From a virus: a DNA stretch of 64,000 nucleotides. The notes beneath the pieces are model-generated. The model searched no databases and was not told where the DNA came from. It saw only the letters and a list, made by a program, of their open reading frames with translations. The stretch lies in IMG/VR virus record IMGVR_UViG_3300003690_000003, positions 96,001 through 160,000 of that record; one strand, written 5' to 3'. The position numbers and the translations under genes are program-made. Each line of letters starts with the position of its first letter. Positions within the stretch are counted from its first letter, which is position 1. Shown here in pieces: positions 22,401 through 30,282 of the stretch.

Positions 22401-25400
22401 TTATATACTGACTTCTCTTCGTGAGCGGGATCCATATAGCCGCGAGATGAGACATCCCAGCCACCAGGAGCATTAAACCTGTTAACTATAATAGACTGGT
22501 TAGAGTTTGCGCCGGTACGCGTAGGAAGGGTATATTCTAAGTTGCCCCCCACATTTTGTGTAAGATTTCCAAAGGAAGGAGAGGTCTTTTGTATAGCACT
22601 AGCTGGGAGGCTCTCAGGGGTTCCATTATGAGCGCCCACCTCATCGATCAGCGAGTTTACACCAAGACTGTAGCTCGTTGAACCATCGGTGGCGTCATTG
22701 GCATTATCTCCGAGTTTCCACCAAGATATAAGATTTCCACTGGCGGCGGCAACAGTCTGTTTCAAATTAAGGCGCGCACCGTTATTATATATTTCGGTAA
22801 CATGATCTTGAGAAAGTTCTTTTCTCCAAACGGCAGCATCACATATATGACCGAGCCATTCATCCTGAACACCGGTGCCGCGGGCGCCTATAAAACATTC
22901 CATGCCGCTGATTTCAAGCGGAGCGCTAACAGTGTCTACCAGGTTGGTATCCAGTGTGCCATTAACATATAATTTTTGTGCACCGGTGGTGTCGCCCTCA
23001 AATGTGGCCACAATATGCATCCACACTCCCGTTGTAATCGTACTTGTATTTACTTTACCCGTATCGACGCTGCCAGCAATAGTAAACTCAAAGCGGCCCG
23101 AGTCGCCAGTATCCCAATAAAGACGTCTATCTGAATTTGAAAAATCAAAAATGCGGTCATTGTCACTAATACTAGGATCTACTTTTACCCACGCTGAAAG
23201 GCTGAATGCTTTCGCGCTGCCCCCGGCGCCGCCAATCTCCGCTGCCCAAACCGTGTCCGCCCCAATCAAAACCCTATCGTCGGTGGTCTCACCCCCAAAA
23301 TATACCGAATGAACTTCAGGAGTCTGCAGCGGGAATCGACCTCTCGTGGCCAAAGTCTCAGGATACAACGCAAAGTCAAACGACTGATCTTGGAAGAACG
23401 GATCATTAATGCTTCTTCCAGCGGTTTGTATAATCTGGTAGTTCTTCTGATAGTTTCCTATCCTGCTATGCATTATTGTCCCGGACATTCTCTGGTTCAG
23501 AGAACCGGTTGTCATCAAGATATTCTTGATATTAACTGGACGTTTGGTGCCAACATTCCTCTTAAGATTGGCTTTTGGTCGATTAAATAAGTATGGAGGG
23601 CTTACTGCCGGCGAATCTTCTTGTGGGTATTGAGGGCCTACAATACCGAGGGCGCCCACCTCGGCGTCGGTGGCGGGAGGAAAGATCCGGCCACCGGTCC
23701 AAAGTCCTAATAGAAGCTTAAATCCTTCTGCGCGGTCGTCGGCGTTATCTAAACCACCACCGAGGGGATCGCCCTCCCGATGTGGCCTTGAACTAGAAAC
23801 ATTAAGCTCAATATGACGGTGTTCGCGGCCTCCTACAAACTTCTCAGTAAAAGGTCCCTGCATTGGAACTTCATAGTCGGGCCCATAAACATCGGTATGT
23901 AGATTGGTTAACTGTACGCTTCCTGTAAATCGATTAACTATTTGGAGATTGTAACCGGTGTTAACTGATGAACTATATAAACTAAACGGCGCTATTAATT
24001 GACCGTCATTGGTTGTAAAATATGGAGAATTGGCGGGCTCTTTGTTGATAAATCCCATACCAAAGCCGAGTCTTCTCTTAACTCCCGGGTTTAAATTATC
24101 GGAAATATTTTGCCATTTCTCAACATCGTCTCCAAAAGCTAGCATTATATTAGCAGGAATATTGGTACCAGGAACTCTTGGGCCGGCTGGATATGTTGCT
24201 GCATAAACCACGTCACGCTGTTTTTTGCGAGTATAGTTTACGCCACTACGAATAGTCCGCAGCTTCTTAAAACTATTCTCTATAGTAAATCTATAAGGGG
24301 TCGATTTTTTTCTATTACGAACAGACTCTGTTGTCTTAAGAACCATAGTCCGGCTATGATTGACGCTTGCAACTGAAGAACTAACAGGATTTAATGTCGT
24401 TCCCTCCATACCGGCATATTTTGGATACCTCTCTGCCATCTGCAGCCAATAAGTTGCATTAACACTTTGTGAGAGTACTGTGGGGGGAGGCCCTGTGATA
24501 GGGGTGAGTATCGGATGGTGAGCGTACTTCCAGCCCGGGCTTAATGGAAGCACCGTTAAGAGAGGCCCGATGGGATCCGAGGGCTTCATTTCTAAAGTGG
24601 GGAACTTGTGTTGATATTTATCGCGCGCTAGTATGTGATTTTCCACCATTATTCGAATGCCATCTGCAAAATCTGCAGATGCCGGTACCAACTGTTCAAT
24701 CATCTTACCCAAAGAAGTATCAAACCATTTATAAAACTCAATATATTTATCTAAATCGGGTGTATTCTCAACGCGTTCAAAAAATAGCTCTCTCAGCTTT
24801 CCTAACCGTTTATATTGAGGACGATATTTATTAACTGGCTCTCCAATAAGATTGTTAAAATCGACAATGGAACCAAATATATTAAGCATTTCCTCTGAAA
24901 TGGTTTGATACATGCTCTTTTCGAATGCAAAAAAGAAAGTAATTGGACGTGATTCCCGTGTAAACTCAAGATCGTCTTGCGTGGTCAATACTTTAATCAT
25001 GTCTTGAGCATAAAGATTCTCGGGCAAATTCTGTTTTGCCGAAACTAAGTAATCTACGTCTACCACTTTAACAGAACTAACCGGGAATCCGTAACCTCGG
25101 CCGGTATGTTGAGCATTTAATATATTCCCTAATGCCCCGTAACGAGTAGTTTGAAGTGCTGTTGAACCAGAAGAAAAGTCTGCCACCACAAACTCTCCAG
25201 AAGCATCTGAGCCGGTTACCTGTTCAAAATCCCAGTTTAGTGCCAAAGTTTCTATTTGTGGAACTTCGAAATTGTTTTTACCATCCTGGAACACATAGGC
25301 ACTTCTGTAGGGATGCAGCGCGCCATAGTTTTTAACATCTCTTGCGTGGGCTTTAATCGCATCATTCTCTAAATAATCCAGCCAATATCTGCATGCTGCC

Positions 25401-28400
25401 ATCTTAACATCCGACTTGGCTAAAACAGATCCAGTAAAGTTCTCAACATGAGCGCCCACATATACGCGCTTTGACCCCGTCATAAAACCATCCGGAACTT
25501 CAGATTGAAGTAAAGAACCGCTTACACTAAACTCATTTAATATTACATCAGCATCATACTGCACTCCATATAGCTCAACAATCCAGCTATGCGAAGTAGC
25601 ATCGCTTCCGGTTACAAAATCCATCTCTGGATAGGTACTGGGACGTACGCGGACTGCTAACGACCATTTGCTATTATCATAAACCTGTTCAAATAACGGA
25701 CTTGTCAGGACAGAACCGGTTATACAGCCGCCAGAACTGGCGCTTAAAACGAACCTTGCATTATTATCGCCAGCCGCTCCACGTGCGACAAAGACTTGGA
25801 AGTTAGTCCTGTCAAGAGAGTTCCAAGTTGTTTCATCCGAGAAGAGTATTTCGCTATCGACTGCGGTATGAACTCCAAATATAGAGGCTGATACTTCAGT
25901 AAAGTTCTGAGTTGAATATAAATCGCTCGCTTGAGCGAACTTCTTAGGGAATAATACTTCGGCTTCTAATGTAAAAGCATAACCATTTGCGAGGAAGGCC
26001 CCCCCGGTAATATAATTTACTGAGTTGCTATTGGCGTTAGAAGCGTTTTGAAATACCAAAGAAGAAAAACGATCTGTGTGATTAAAGTCTATCAGACGAT
26101 CACGTGATTCCGCCATCGTTGTATTATCACGAAGTTCATATTCTATATTGTCTCCATATAAGCTCAGCTTAACTACTTCTTCATCTATTCCAAAACAACG
26201 AACCAGATTTCTAAAACTTTTTTCAGTTCCCTTGGACTTATAAATGTGAATCAGATTATTATAAATGTTCTGATATATCATACTCTTAATGTCAGTAAGA
26301 GATTTTACAAAAAGCCTATCTTCGCTTCTATCGGCTAGCTTTTCTAAAACGTCTGCGTCTAGAAATAACTCTGGAGAGAGTAAGCCGCGCGCGTCTAAAA
26401 GTCTATTACTAAAAATATTTGGTTTGTCGGATCCGCTAACATACCCAAAATCTTTAATGGTATTAACGTTTTCTATCTGCAGTTGTAGAGAGTCAAAATA
26501 CATCGCACAAATTTGTGTTAAGTTTTTTAATTCATCGCCACCCTTAGAATCTTCTTCCTGAATCCAAGTGGGAAACATACCAAATAAAGACGAATTATTA
26601 GTATGATCGTAAACAGATCCGGAGGTTTCCAAAGAAGTTAATACGGCTTGGACCTCTGGATGTGAGGGGTACAAAATAGGATCTCGGAACTCAGTGGCTG
26701 CAGCTGAAGCCGATACAATGGCAGAGCCCGTATTTCTAATAGCGGAATAGTATGTCGCATCGCGTGTCCAGGCACCGTTGGTCACGCGGCCTGAAAAGTC
26801 TAGAATAGTTAGGTCTTTACTTTCAACCCCCGTAATACCTTCATTGAACTTATAGTATACTCCCAAATCGGTATTTGCCAGGTCAGTGTTAGTACCCCCT
26901 CCCACTTGAGTAAACCAATAACGACCAATATCCTTCGAACTTCTTTGGGTCTTCCAATAGCGAAACTCGTCTAAAGAACCAGAAAGTTTACCGGCGCCGG
27001 CGGTGACGGTCGACGGTGTCGTTGTACCCGATGGAGCAGTTCTAAGGGCGCCTATATACGCCGCCATAGAGCCGCTAACCTTGTTGAGCCCAGTGGTACC
27101 TAGCAAAAGCTGCTGTTCAAAATCGCCATCAACATAAAATCTAGAGGTGATGCCGGCAGATGCTGACTTAAAAGTAAATGCATAGTGATGCCAGTTTCCA
27201 TCAGCCACTGATGCGGCGATAAAAGTATTCGTAGGTATCAACCCAGAACTATAAGTTAAACCAGCCGGATCAAGTTGAATAGTTGGAAGAGTCGTTGTGG
27301 CCGCAGGAGTCATATGATCCGTTCCAATCTGATCATAAATTGCCGAATTTGTGTCTCTTGAGCCATCGCCCATTCGCCACCAAGAAATAATATTTGACAC
27401 GTCAGAGCGCTGGCCTAAGTTTGTTGGCTCCCCGCTGTTGTAAAGTGCAGTAACTTCGGCTGAACTTAGTACCACCTTCCAAACACTTACCTCGTCTATA
27501 TAACCGGTAAAAGCCTGATCCTTCTCTTCGTCGTTTCCTAAGAAAGCACCATAAGTAGAGATAGTACCCCAATCATTCCTGGCCGTATTATAGCTACTAT
27601 TAAGAGTCTTAACCACACCATCGACATAAACGATTGCTGTTTCTGCCGGACTCGTAGCGGCGTTTCCATCATATGTTACAACTATGTGATGCCATGTATT
27701 ATCACTAATTGCATTATTGTTAGTTCGATTATTTAAATTGGTGCCGGCGGTGTCGGCATAAACTTGAATTCTATTGGCATGACTGATGGCGACCCTAAAA
27801 TCATCATTCCCTAGGGTAAAAATCCTATCTGGTGTACTGCCGCCGCCGTCCGCGGTTTTGTATACCCAAGCCGAAAAAGTGATTCTCCTGTTCGTGAGTG
27901 CCGTATTCCATGTTCCGGCTGAGCGCGTGCCGCCCAATCTAGCCGTAATATCACTATCGCCGCTAAATAGCACCCCCTTGGGCGCTGCTGTCACAGCTGA
28001 CGCGTCCACAAAGCCCATCGTCCCGGACATCATTGTTAGAAGGAAGGGACTCGTTCCATCATCGGAACCGGTTAAATCAATTCTAAAACGACCATAATCT
28101 GCGCTTGATGAGTTGGCATAGTTCCAAAGATCAAAAATAACCTCTTTTCCGGTATTGTTAGTCGTATCAAACGCATCCTTTTTCAGCCAAAACTCTACAG
28201 ATGTCCCATTGGTTAAATCAAGTTCTAGATTTGATTCTCTATTATCCGCCGGCGACCATATATTAGCCGGAGCGGTACGAGGGACCGTGCTTTTAAGATG
28301 AGGGCCTCCGTAAAGGCTAATATATTCAAGATCTTCTGGAAGACCATAGCCATCAACTATACTTCCGTCACGATCGCCCCATCCACCATAAGAAAAGTTA

Positions 28401-28735
28401 ATATATCCTGTAGTTCGTGGATATCTCTCTTCAAAAACGTATAAATCTACATATGAAGAACTATTTTCCCAGCTAAGTCTCTCATATAAAGACCCATCAT
28501 AAGGATAGGCCTTATAAATATTTCTTACTGCGTCCCCATAATATTGTTTAGCAGACCCATATCGCGCAAAGTTTTCAGGTTTTGAATAATCAATAGGAGG
28601 TAGATAGCGGCTTTCTTTAACAATGTCTGCGTCGTGATAGTTAACTGATTCTACATCAGCGCCTACACTTTCTTCTGTTCTGTTTGTTAAAGATTTAGCA
28701 ATCGAAATCTTACTAAATAGATCTTTAAGACTCAC
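16439..28735 (-). CDS. Giant (4098 aa) baseplate/tail-appendage protein with multiple LamG/ConA-like lectin domains
   Basis: Repeated LamG signatures (FSxSxW, WHHxVxT, xYxDG, G-x-IDEVxxW, SWW/YRxGD). IYKSKGTEKSFRNLVRCFG resembles the P2 gpI/T4 gp7 wedge motif. Lies downstream of the gp6-like gene. Confidence 0.8.
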   Translation of the reverse strand: MSLKDLFSKISIAKSLTNRTEESVGADVESVNYHDADIVKESRYLPPIDYSKPENFARYGSAKQYYGDAVRNIYKAYPYDGSLYERLSWENSSSYVDLYVFEERYPRTTGYINFSYGGWGDRDGSIVDGYGLPEDLEYISLYGGPHLKSTVPRTAPANIWSPADNRESNLELDLTNGTSVEFWLKKDAFDTTNNTGKEVIFDLWNYANSSSADYGRFRIDLTGSDDGTSPFLLTMMSGTMGFVDASAVTAAPKGVLFSGDSDITARLGGTRSAGTWNTALTNRRITFSAWVYKTADGGGSTPDRIFTLGNDDFRVAISHANRIQVYADTAGTNLNNRTNNNAISDNTWHHIVVTYDGNAATSPAETAIVYVDGVVKTLNSSYNTARNDWGTISTYGAFLGNDEEKDQAFTGYIDEVSVWKVVLSSAEVTALYNSGEPTNLGQRSDVSNIISWWRMGDGSRDTNSAIYDQIGTDHMTPAATTTLPTIQLDPAGLTYSSGLIPTNTFIAASVADGNWHHYAFTFKSASAGITSRFYVDGDFEQQLLLGTTGLNKVSGSMAAYIGALRTAPSGTTTPSTVTAGAGKLSGSLDEFRYWKTQRSSKDIGRYWFTQVGGGTNTDLANTDLGVYYKFNEGITGVESKDLTILDFSGRVTNGAWTRDATYYSAIRNTGSAIVSASAAATEFRDPILYPSHPEVQAVLTSLETSGSVYDHTNNSSLFGMFPTWIQEEDSKGGDELKNLTQICAMYFDSLQLQIENVNTIKDFGYVSGSDKPNIFSNRLLDARGLLSPELFLDADVLEKLADRSEDRLFVKSLTDIKSMIYQNIYNNLIHIYKSKGTEKSFRNLVRCFGIDEEVVKLSLYGDNIEYELRDNTTMAESRDRLIDFNHTDRFSSLVFQNASNANSNSVNYITGGAFLANGYAFTLEAEVLFPKKFAQASDLYSTQNFTEVSASIFGVHTAVDSEILFSDETTWNSLDRTNFQVFVARGAAGDNNARFVLSASSGGCITGSVLTSPLFEQVYDNSKWSLAVRVRPSTYPEMDFVTGSDATSHSWIVELYGVQYDADVILNEFSVSGSLLQSEVPDGFMTGSKRVYVGAHVENFTGSVLAKSDVKMAACRYWLDYLENDAIKAHARDVKNYGALHPYRSAYVFQDGKNNFEVPQIETLALNWDFEQVTGSDASGEFVVADFSSGSTALQTTRYGALGNILNAQHTGRGYGFPVSSVKVVDVDYLVSAKQNLPENLYAQDMIKVLTTQDDLEFTRESRPITFFFAFEKSMYQTISEEMLNIFGSIVDFNNLIGEPVNKYRPQYKRLGKLRELFFERVENTPDLDKYIEFYKWFDTSLGKMIEQLVPASADFADGIRIMVENHILARDKYQHKFPTLEMKPSDPIGPLLTVLPLSPGWKYAHHPILTPITGPPPTVLSQSVNATYWLQMAERYPKYAGMEGTTLNPVSSSVASVNHSRTMVLKTTESVRNRKKSTPYRFTIENSFKKLRTIRSGVNYTRKKQRDVVYAATYPAGPRVPGTNIPANIMLAFGDDVEKWQNISDNLNPGVKRRLGFGMGFINKEPANSPYFTTNDGQLIAPFSLYSSSVNTGYNLQIVNRFTGSVQLTNLHTDVYGPDYEVPMQGPFTEKFVGGREHRHIELNVSSSRPHREGDPLGGGLDNADDRAEGFKLLLGLWTGGRIFPPATDAEVGALGIVGPQYPQEDSPAVSPPYLFNRPKANLKRNVGTKRPVNIKNILMTTGSLNQRMSGTIMHSRIGNYQKNYQIIQTAGRSINDPFFQDQSFDFALYPETLATRGRFPLQTPEVHSVYFGGETTDDRVLIGADTVWAAEIGGAGGSAKAFSLSAWVKVDPSISDNDRIFDFSNSDRRLYWDTGDSGRFEFTIAGSVDTGKVNTSTITTGVWMHIVATFEGDTTGAQKLYVNGTLDTNLVDTVSAPLEISGMECFIGARGTGVQDEWLGHICDAAVWRKELSQDHVTEIYNNGARLNLKQTVAAASGNLISWWKLGDNANDATDGSTSYSLGVNSLIDEVGAHNGTPESLPASAIQKTSPSFGNLTQNVGGNLEYTLPTRTGANSNQSIIVNRFNAPGGWDVSSRGYMDPAHEEKSVYNALPWRNRGVIDYGRTGSVPGDPSISGTIHVVDQIDYARGLNQRSTLHSGRFGVEVGVAASSSASGIRKYGLTQVAYSNLPSWNKMNRNPKRVIKEAPVGAGYFNGSTSYVEAGIASDWTSLVGGLGNAALPFSVSLWLRLPTLPGSSSKVWAFGVQRYMNIYSTGLLKFFGNNSSGVTVLNATALTTNRWYHVVITYNGGSDNGGDETATIYLNGVNDNDTVANSSTSGQIIKGLTIGSRDSGTANTNAYISNFAVWSKVLAAAEVKSLYNNGVVVNIKETLPTSLQAWYRFNSYAGDTNASVDNQMGLIGSSAASASLATDLVLQHAHAPKRFEALAAGGVSWPTYQTNTYDNAYVTHQIPQSDRQYAWITGSLLPTAKVYGYDGLTSYAYLQNSSSMFFDDTNDYIDIGTAVTWNSLIGGSGTSAKPFSISLWFNSADWSSYQQLIHFGIYGRALYTNSSDGIRFQIDGSDSNGRIKTGTAYLNDNQWHHVVATFEGGDPAGVSLGGMKLYLDGVDRTTSAGFQLDNPAAIATENGTIGVELDAPGGYFDGNIDEVAIWNTELSANQAEEAYNNGTAKNFKQHSAAASLLSWYRMGDGRGDSATMIIDQIGGHNGTVNGAVASDLSIDGSRYDGPFHYKLEDQFVSASDFGCTVRGPAGGAYPLWFPLYRWGATRKTVAAGGYPFYGPNFAGLNTVLKDPLTASQNTLGFPLNTDILSTLNGQQRVKLFYPSQSDAIETQYANRNAEDFGYIEGFIYDGTGEAAAGTYGQGAGTAQMFNALMLHRNGPYGWPTFRQIQAGPHSHPLVREQRKNNRLTVRTLPTIVNRATGVRGLKGNEIVSYIEPPIGSQHKVMTHTLVSTNRVVDNDRNVTFIDQSLIYNHSFANKVDYFANIELTNRYNLKLDTKRGDLYFNRLNELLLKDTAGNTENSPFENIDKVLVNYKQTVYPAAKNAGLNRNRRRVNYSISNIWNNNRTLRGYAGSQVDLPMSPTGAALNASIWPLDGHGYPSPGTTADTNFQDTLSSNPLSGSGLLQNCFSGFDQWGEGNITASCMYTQRCMIGISGAAGDGGAPTSFNTNNPRANFPGDAEYQVAEQAGKKPYLTYDQYCENLRLIGKDYSIVPEFRISEQMDYYLNTAAEDFWAPNNSFLDLTGSSIADSSENNFFKVYSNSDFMRFFSVVDETYDNKSLVNGDIMKKDKLALRCSGLVKFLPYKGLSSSYGPFMKCTAAACGNDDEATSPDWAGGSRLPKRGGGRITSDFMETKAAFRAFVEPLAGPGILYNTIKSGIGVSNYILRSIWDGYIRDYLGHTVGRDVQYSARSQTKQIGGANCPRAGSDDFGEYYGWKGLLPLNPSASYSTLVDETGYYYYMHKLPFEALLHPVQHMSTRILAPIQVPAADDPNPAANYDNFNAGYIFDRGVGSGSISSSYGHLASNPTNPTLANCMNAVRWPGDGLKNYELAIDNFVCETVDFFQTGLKSFKSSREDQFREVKSGSVYGMKVSLNRTQQSIIGAASPAQTQLSKQVADTTIFTMYNRASGFGRPMSASFEGTANIPSWVHVTPPYYDGEAVATILFKPQYDGKPMLADIFSNSEITYQRSGEYLSPDASTNTIFLNDPDAKQRFAAMQISASVDLTREVTAIIANTTTATKRWLIQTKFETPVLNFAAVSASTPLTPTAAAHSGDLLATKGMWHQKGAICQGREGIFISLTDPGHIESSPNGDANYNVQSLLDVVGFSPVVKRIGSITDAKVVSEAVVAVPFTIALDGRRKFYRFSKHQRNGAIRILAGQQTQVQVKPDVLKICKALKDYVFPPKFDFVTTETGRETIDPFVMFVFEFTKKFSQQDLADIWQNLPPETSGESLQAREATIQHSLLAEDFFDSDQRQISEHMRWMVFKVKRRAKSNYNKYKATGLTDDLSTVPNSIDSPYTYNWPYDYFSLVELVKMDMGIQYASSESVEDVEAAQDLADQAAADAAQGALNLLG

Positions 28736-28740
28736 TTTTG

Positions 28741-30282
28741 TTACCCTTCCTCAACCCTAAACTTAAATTCTTCTGACTGTTGGACCCAGTCCTTTGATGA
28801 ATCATTATAGTAAACGAACTTTAGACCATAAGAATAGCCGCCTTCTAATAATGACATGTTTAAATCAAAATAGTTTCCTGATACATCATAAGAAAGATAA
28901 GAATATTTGGTACTGCCAGTTCCATATGGAATCACATTAAGATCGTCTACTACCCGGAAAACACGATAAGATGCGCTTACAATCGTTTCATTAGGAATAA
29001 TCGCTGTCGCTACACTATAAATGGAATCATTTATTGCCTTTGGACGTACATAAAGTCTAAACCTGGCTGTCTCACTTCGGATATAACCATCCTTAAGGTT
29101 GGATATTGCAGTTACATATTGGGTCGATGGCGCATTATCATAAGCCACAAGGGTTTTTGGAGCAACGGAGCCAGTAAAAAGTTCAGTAGTCCCATCATGC
29201 CATACATCGTAAAGCTGTGTTAAAGTACCTGTGGCGGCAAACGATGCTGAGTATATGCCGGTTTTGTACCATCCTCCAGTCACATTGATATCCAAATTGG
29301 CCGCGACATCCCCTCCAACTGGAAGTGCTAACTTAGAGCCCGCAGGGGCTGTTGAACCCGAATATAAGCTAAGCAGTATTGTTCCGGTTCCTACCGATGG
29401 AATGTCAACGAGGCGCCCTCGAACATAGTTATATAAGTATAAAGTATTAAGATTGTCTGTTGCGGTGGCTAGAGAGCTGCTATAATAAAAGCTACCGCGG
29501 TTATCTTTAACACGTGAGTCCCAGCGCGCCTCTAACACCGGGCGCTTGAAGAAAAACTCTGAAGATCTTGCAAAAAACTTTTTAGTATAGTAGGATTCAG
29601 TAGCTCCCACAGTATTTTGAATAAGGCCACCGGTTGTATTAATCCCCGTAGAACTTGAAAAATATGCTTCCTGACTAGCTGTAAGTCGCACACTGAGGCC
29701 ATAATTATCATATTCACCGCCGGACTCGCCGACTATCCAGTTTTCTACGATTTCAGAAATATCTATTTCTAGATCTTCATAGCCATTCGGGAAAGAAGCA
29801 TTATAGGTTGGAGCGCTCAAATAATCGCCACCTACCGTGGTCCACGCGCCAACCTTGCCTCTGCGCATCCAGTTCGAACCACTATTATCATAAGTGCGAT
29901 CAGTATACTCTTCCATATCTAAACCAACGCCTTCTTCCCAAGAAGATGAGATGGGTTCTATTACCAGATTAAATTGGCGAGGCAACGTATAAGCATGCCG
30001 AGCGTTATACATTCTTAGATAAAAACTTACACTCCCGCTAGCAGGAATGGTGCCCGCTGTTCGATCTGTCGAAATCGTCGACACTGGAAACTCAATTATG
30101 GTGCGTGTTAATTCTTGGGAAAGCCCATCCGATCCGGAGGCTTCACCATAAATAGAAAAAACCTCTACTACATCGGCCATTCCCATATTAGACCCCGTTC
30201 CTCTCTGACTTTCCAGCAAAGAAGACTTAAAGGCATTTGTTATAGTATTATCTTTATTAGCCGTATAACGCTTAATAGCCAT
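28741..30282 (-). CDS. Virion protein, DNRLRE-like carbohydrate-binding fold
   Basis: Pattern A.KDNTI...RTIIEF...LRMY...SSSWEEG...NW...W...GGD...DISEIVENW...NYG...FFARSS...RPVLEARW; structural context. Confidence 0.55.
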   Translation of the reverse strand: MAIKRYTANKDNTITNAFKSSLLESQRGTGSNMGMADVVEVFSIYGEASGSDGLSQELTRTIIEFPVSTISTDRTAGTIPASGSVSFYLRMYNARHAYTLPRQFNLVIEPISSSWEEGVGLDMEEYTDRTYDNSGSNWMRRGKVGAWTTVGGDYLSAPTYNASFPNGYEDLEIDISEIVENWIVGESGGEYDNYGLSVRLTASQEAYFSSSTGINTTGGLIQNTVGATESYYTKKFFARSSEFFFKRPVLEARWDSRVKDNRGSFYYSSSLATATDNLNTLYLYNYVRGRLVDIPSVGTGTILLSLYSGSTAPAGSKLALPVGGDVAANLDINVTGGWYKTGIYSASFAATGTLTQLYDVWHDGTTELFTGSVAPKTLVAYDNAPSTQYVTAISNLKDGYIRSETARFRLYVRPKAINDSIYSVATAIIPNETIVSASYRVFRVVDDLNVIPYGTGSTKYSYLSYDVSGNYFDLNMSLLEGGYSYGLKFVYYNDSSKDWVQQSEEFKFRVEEG

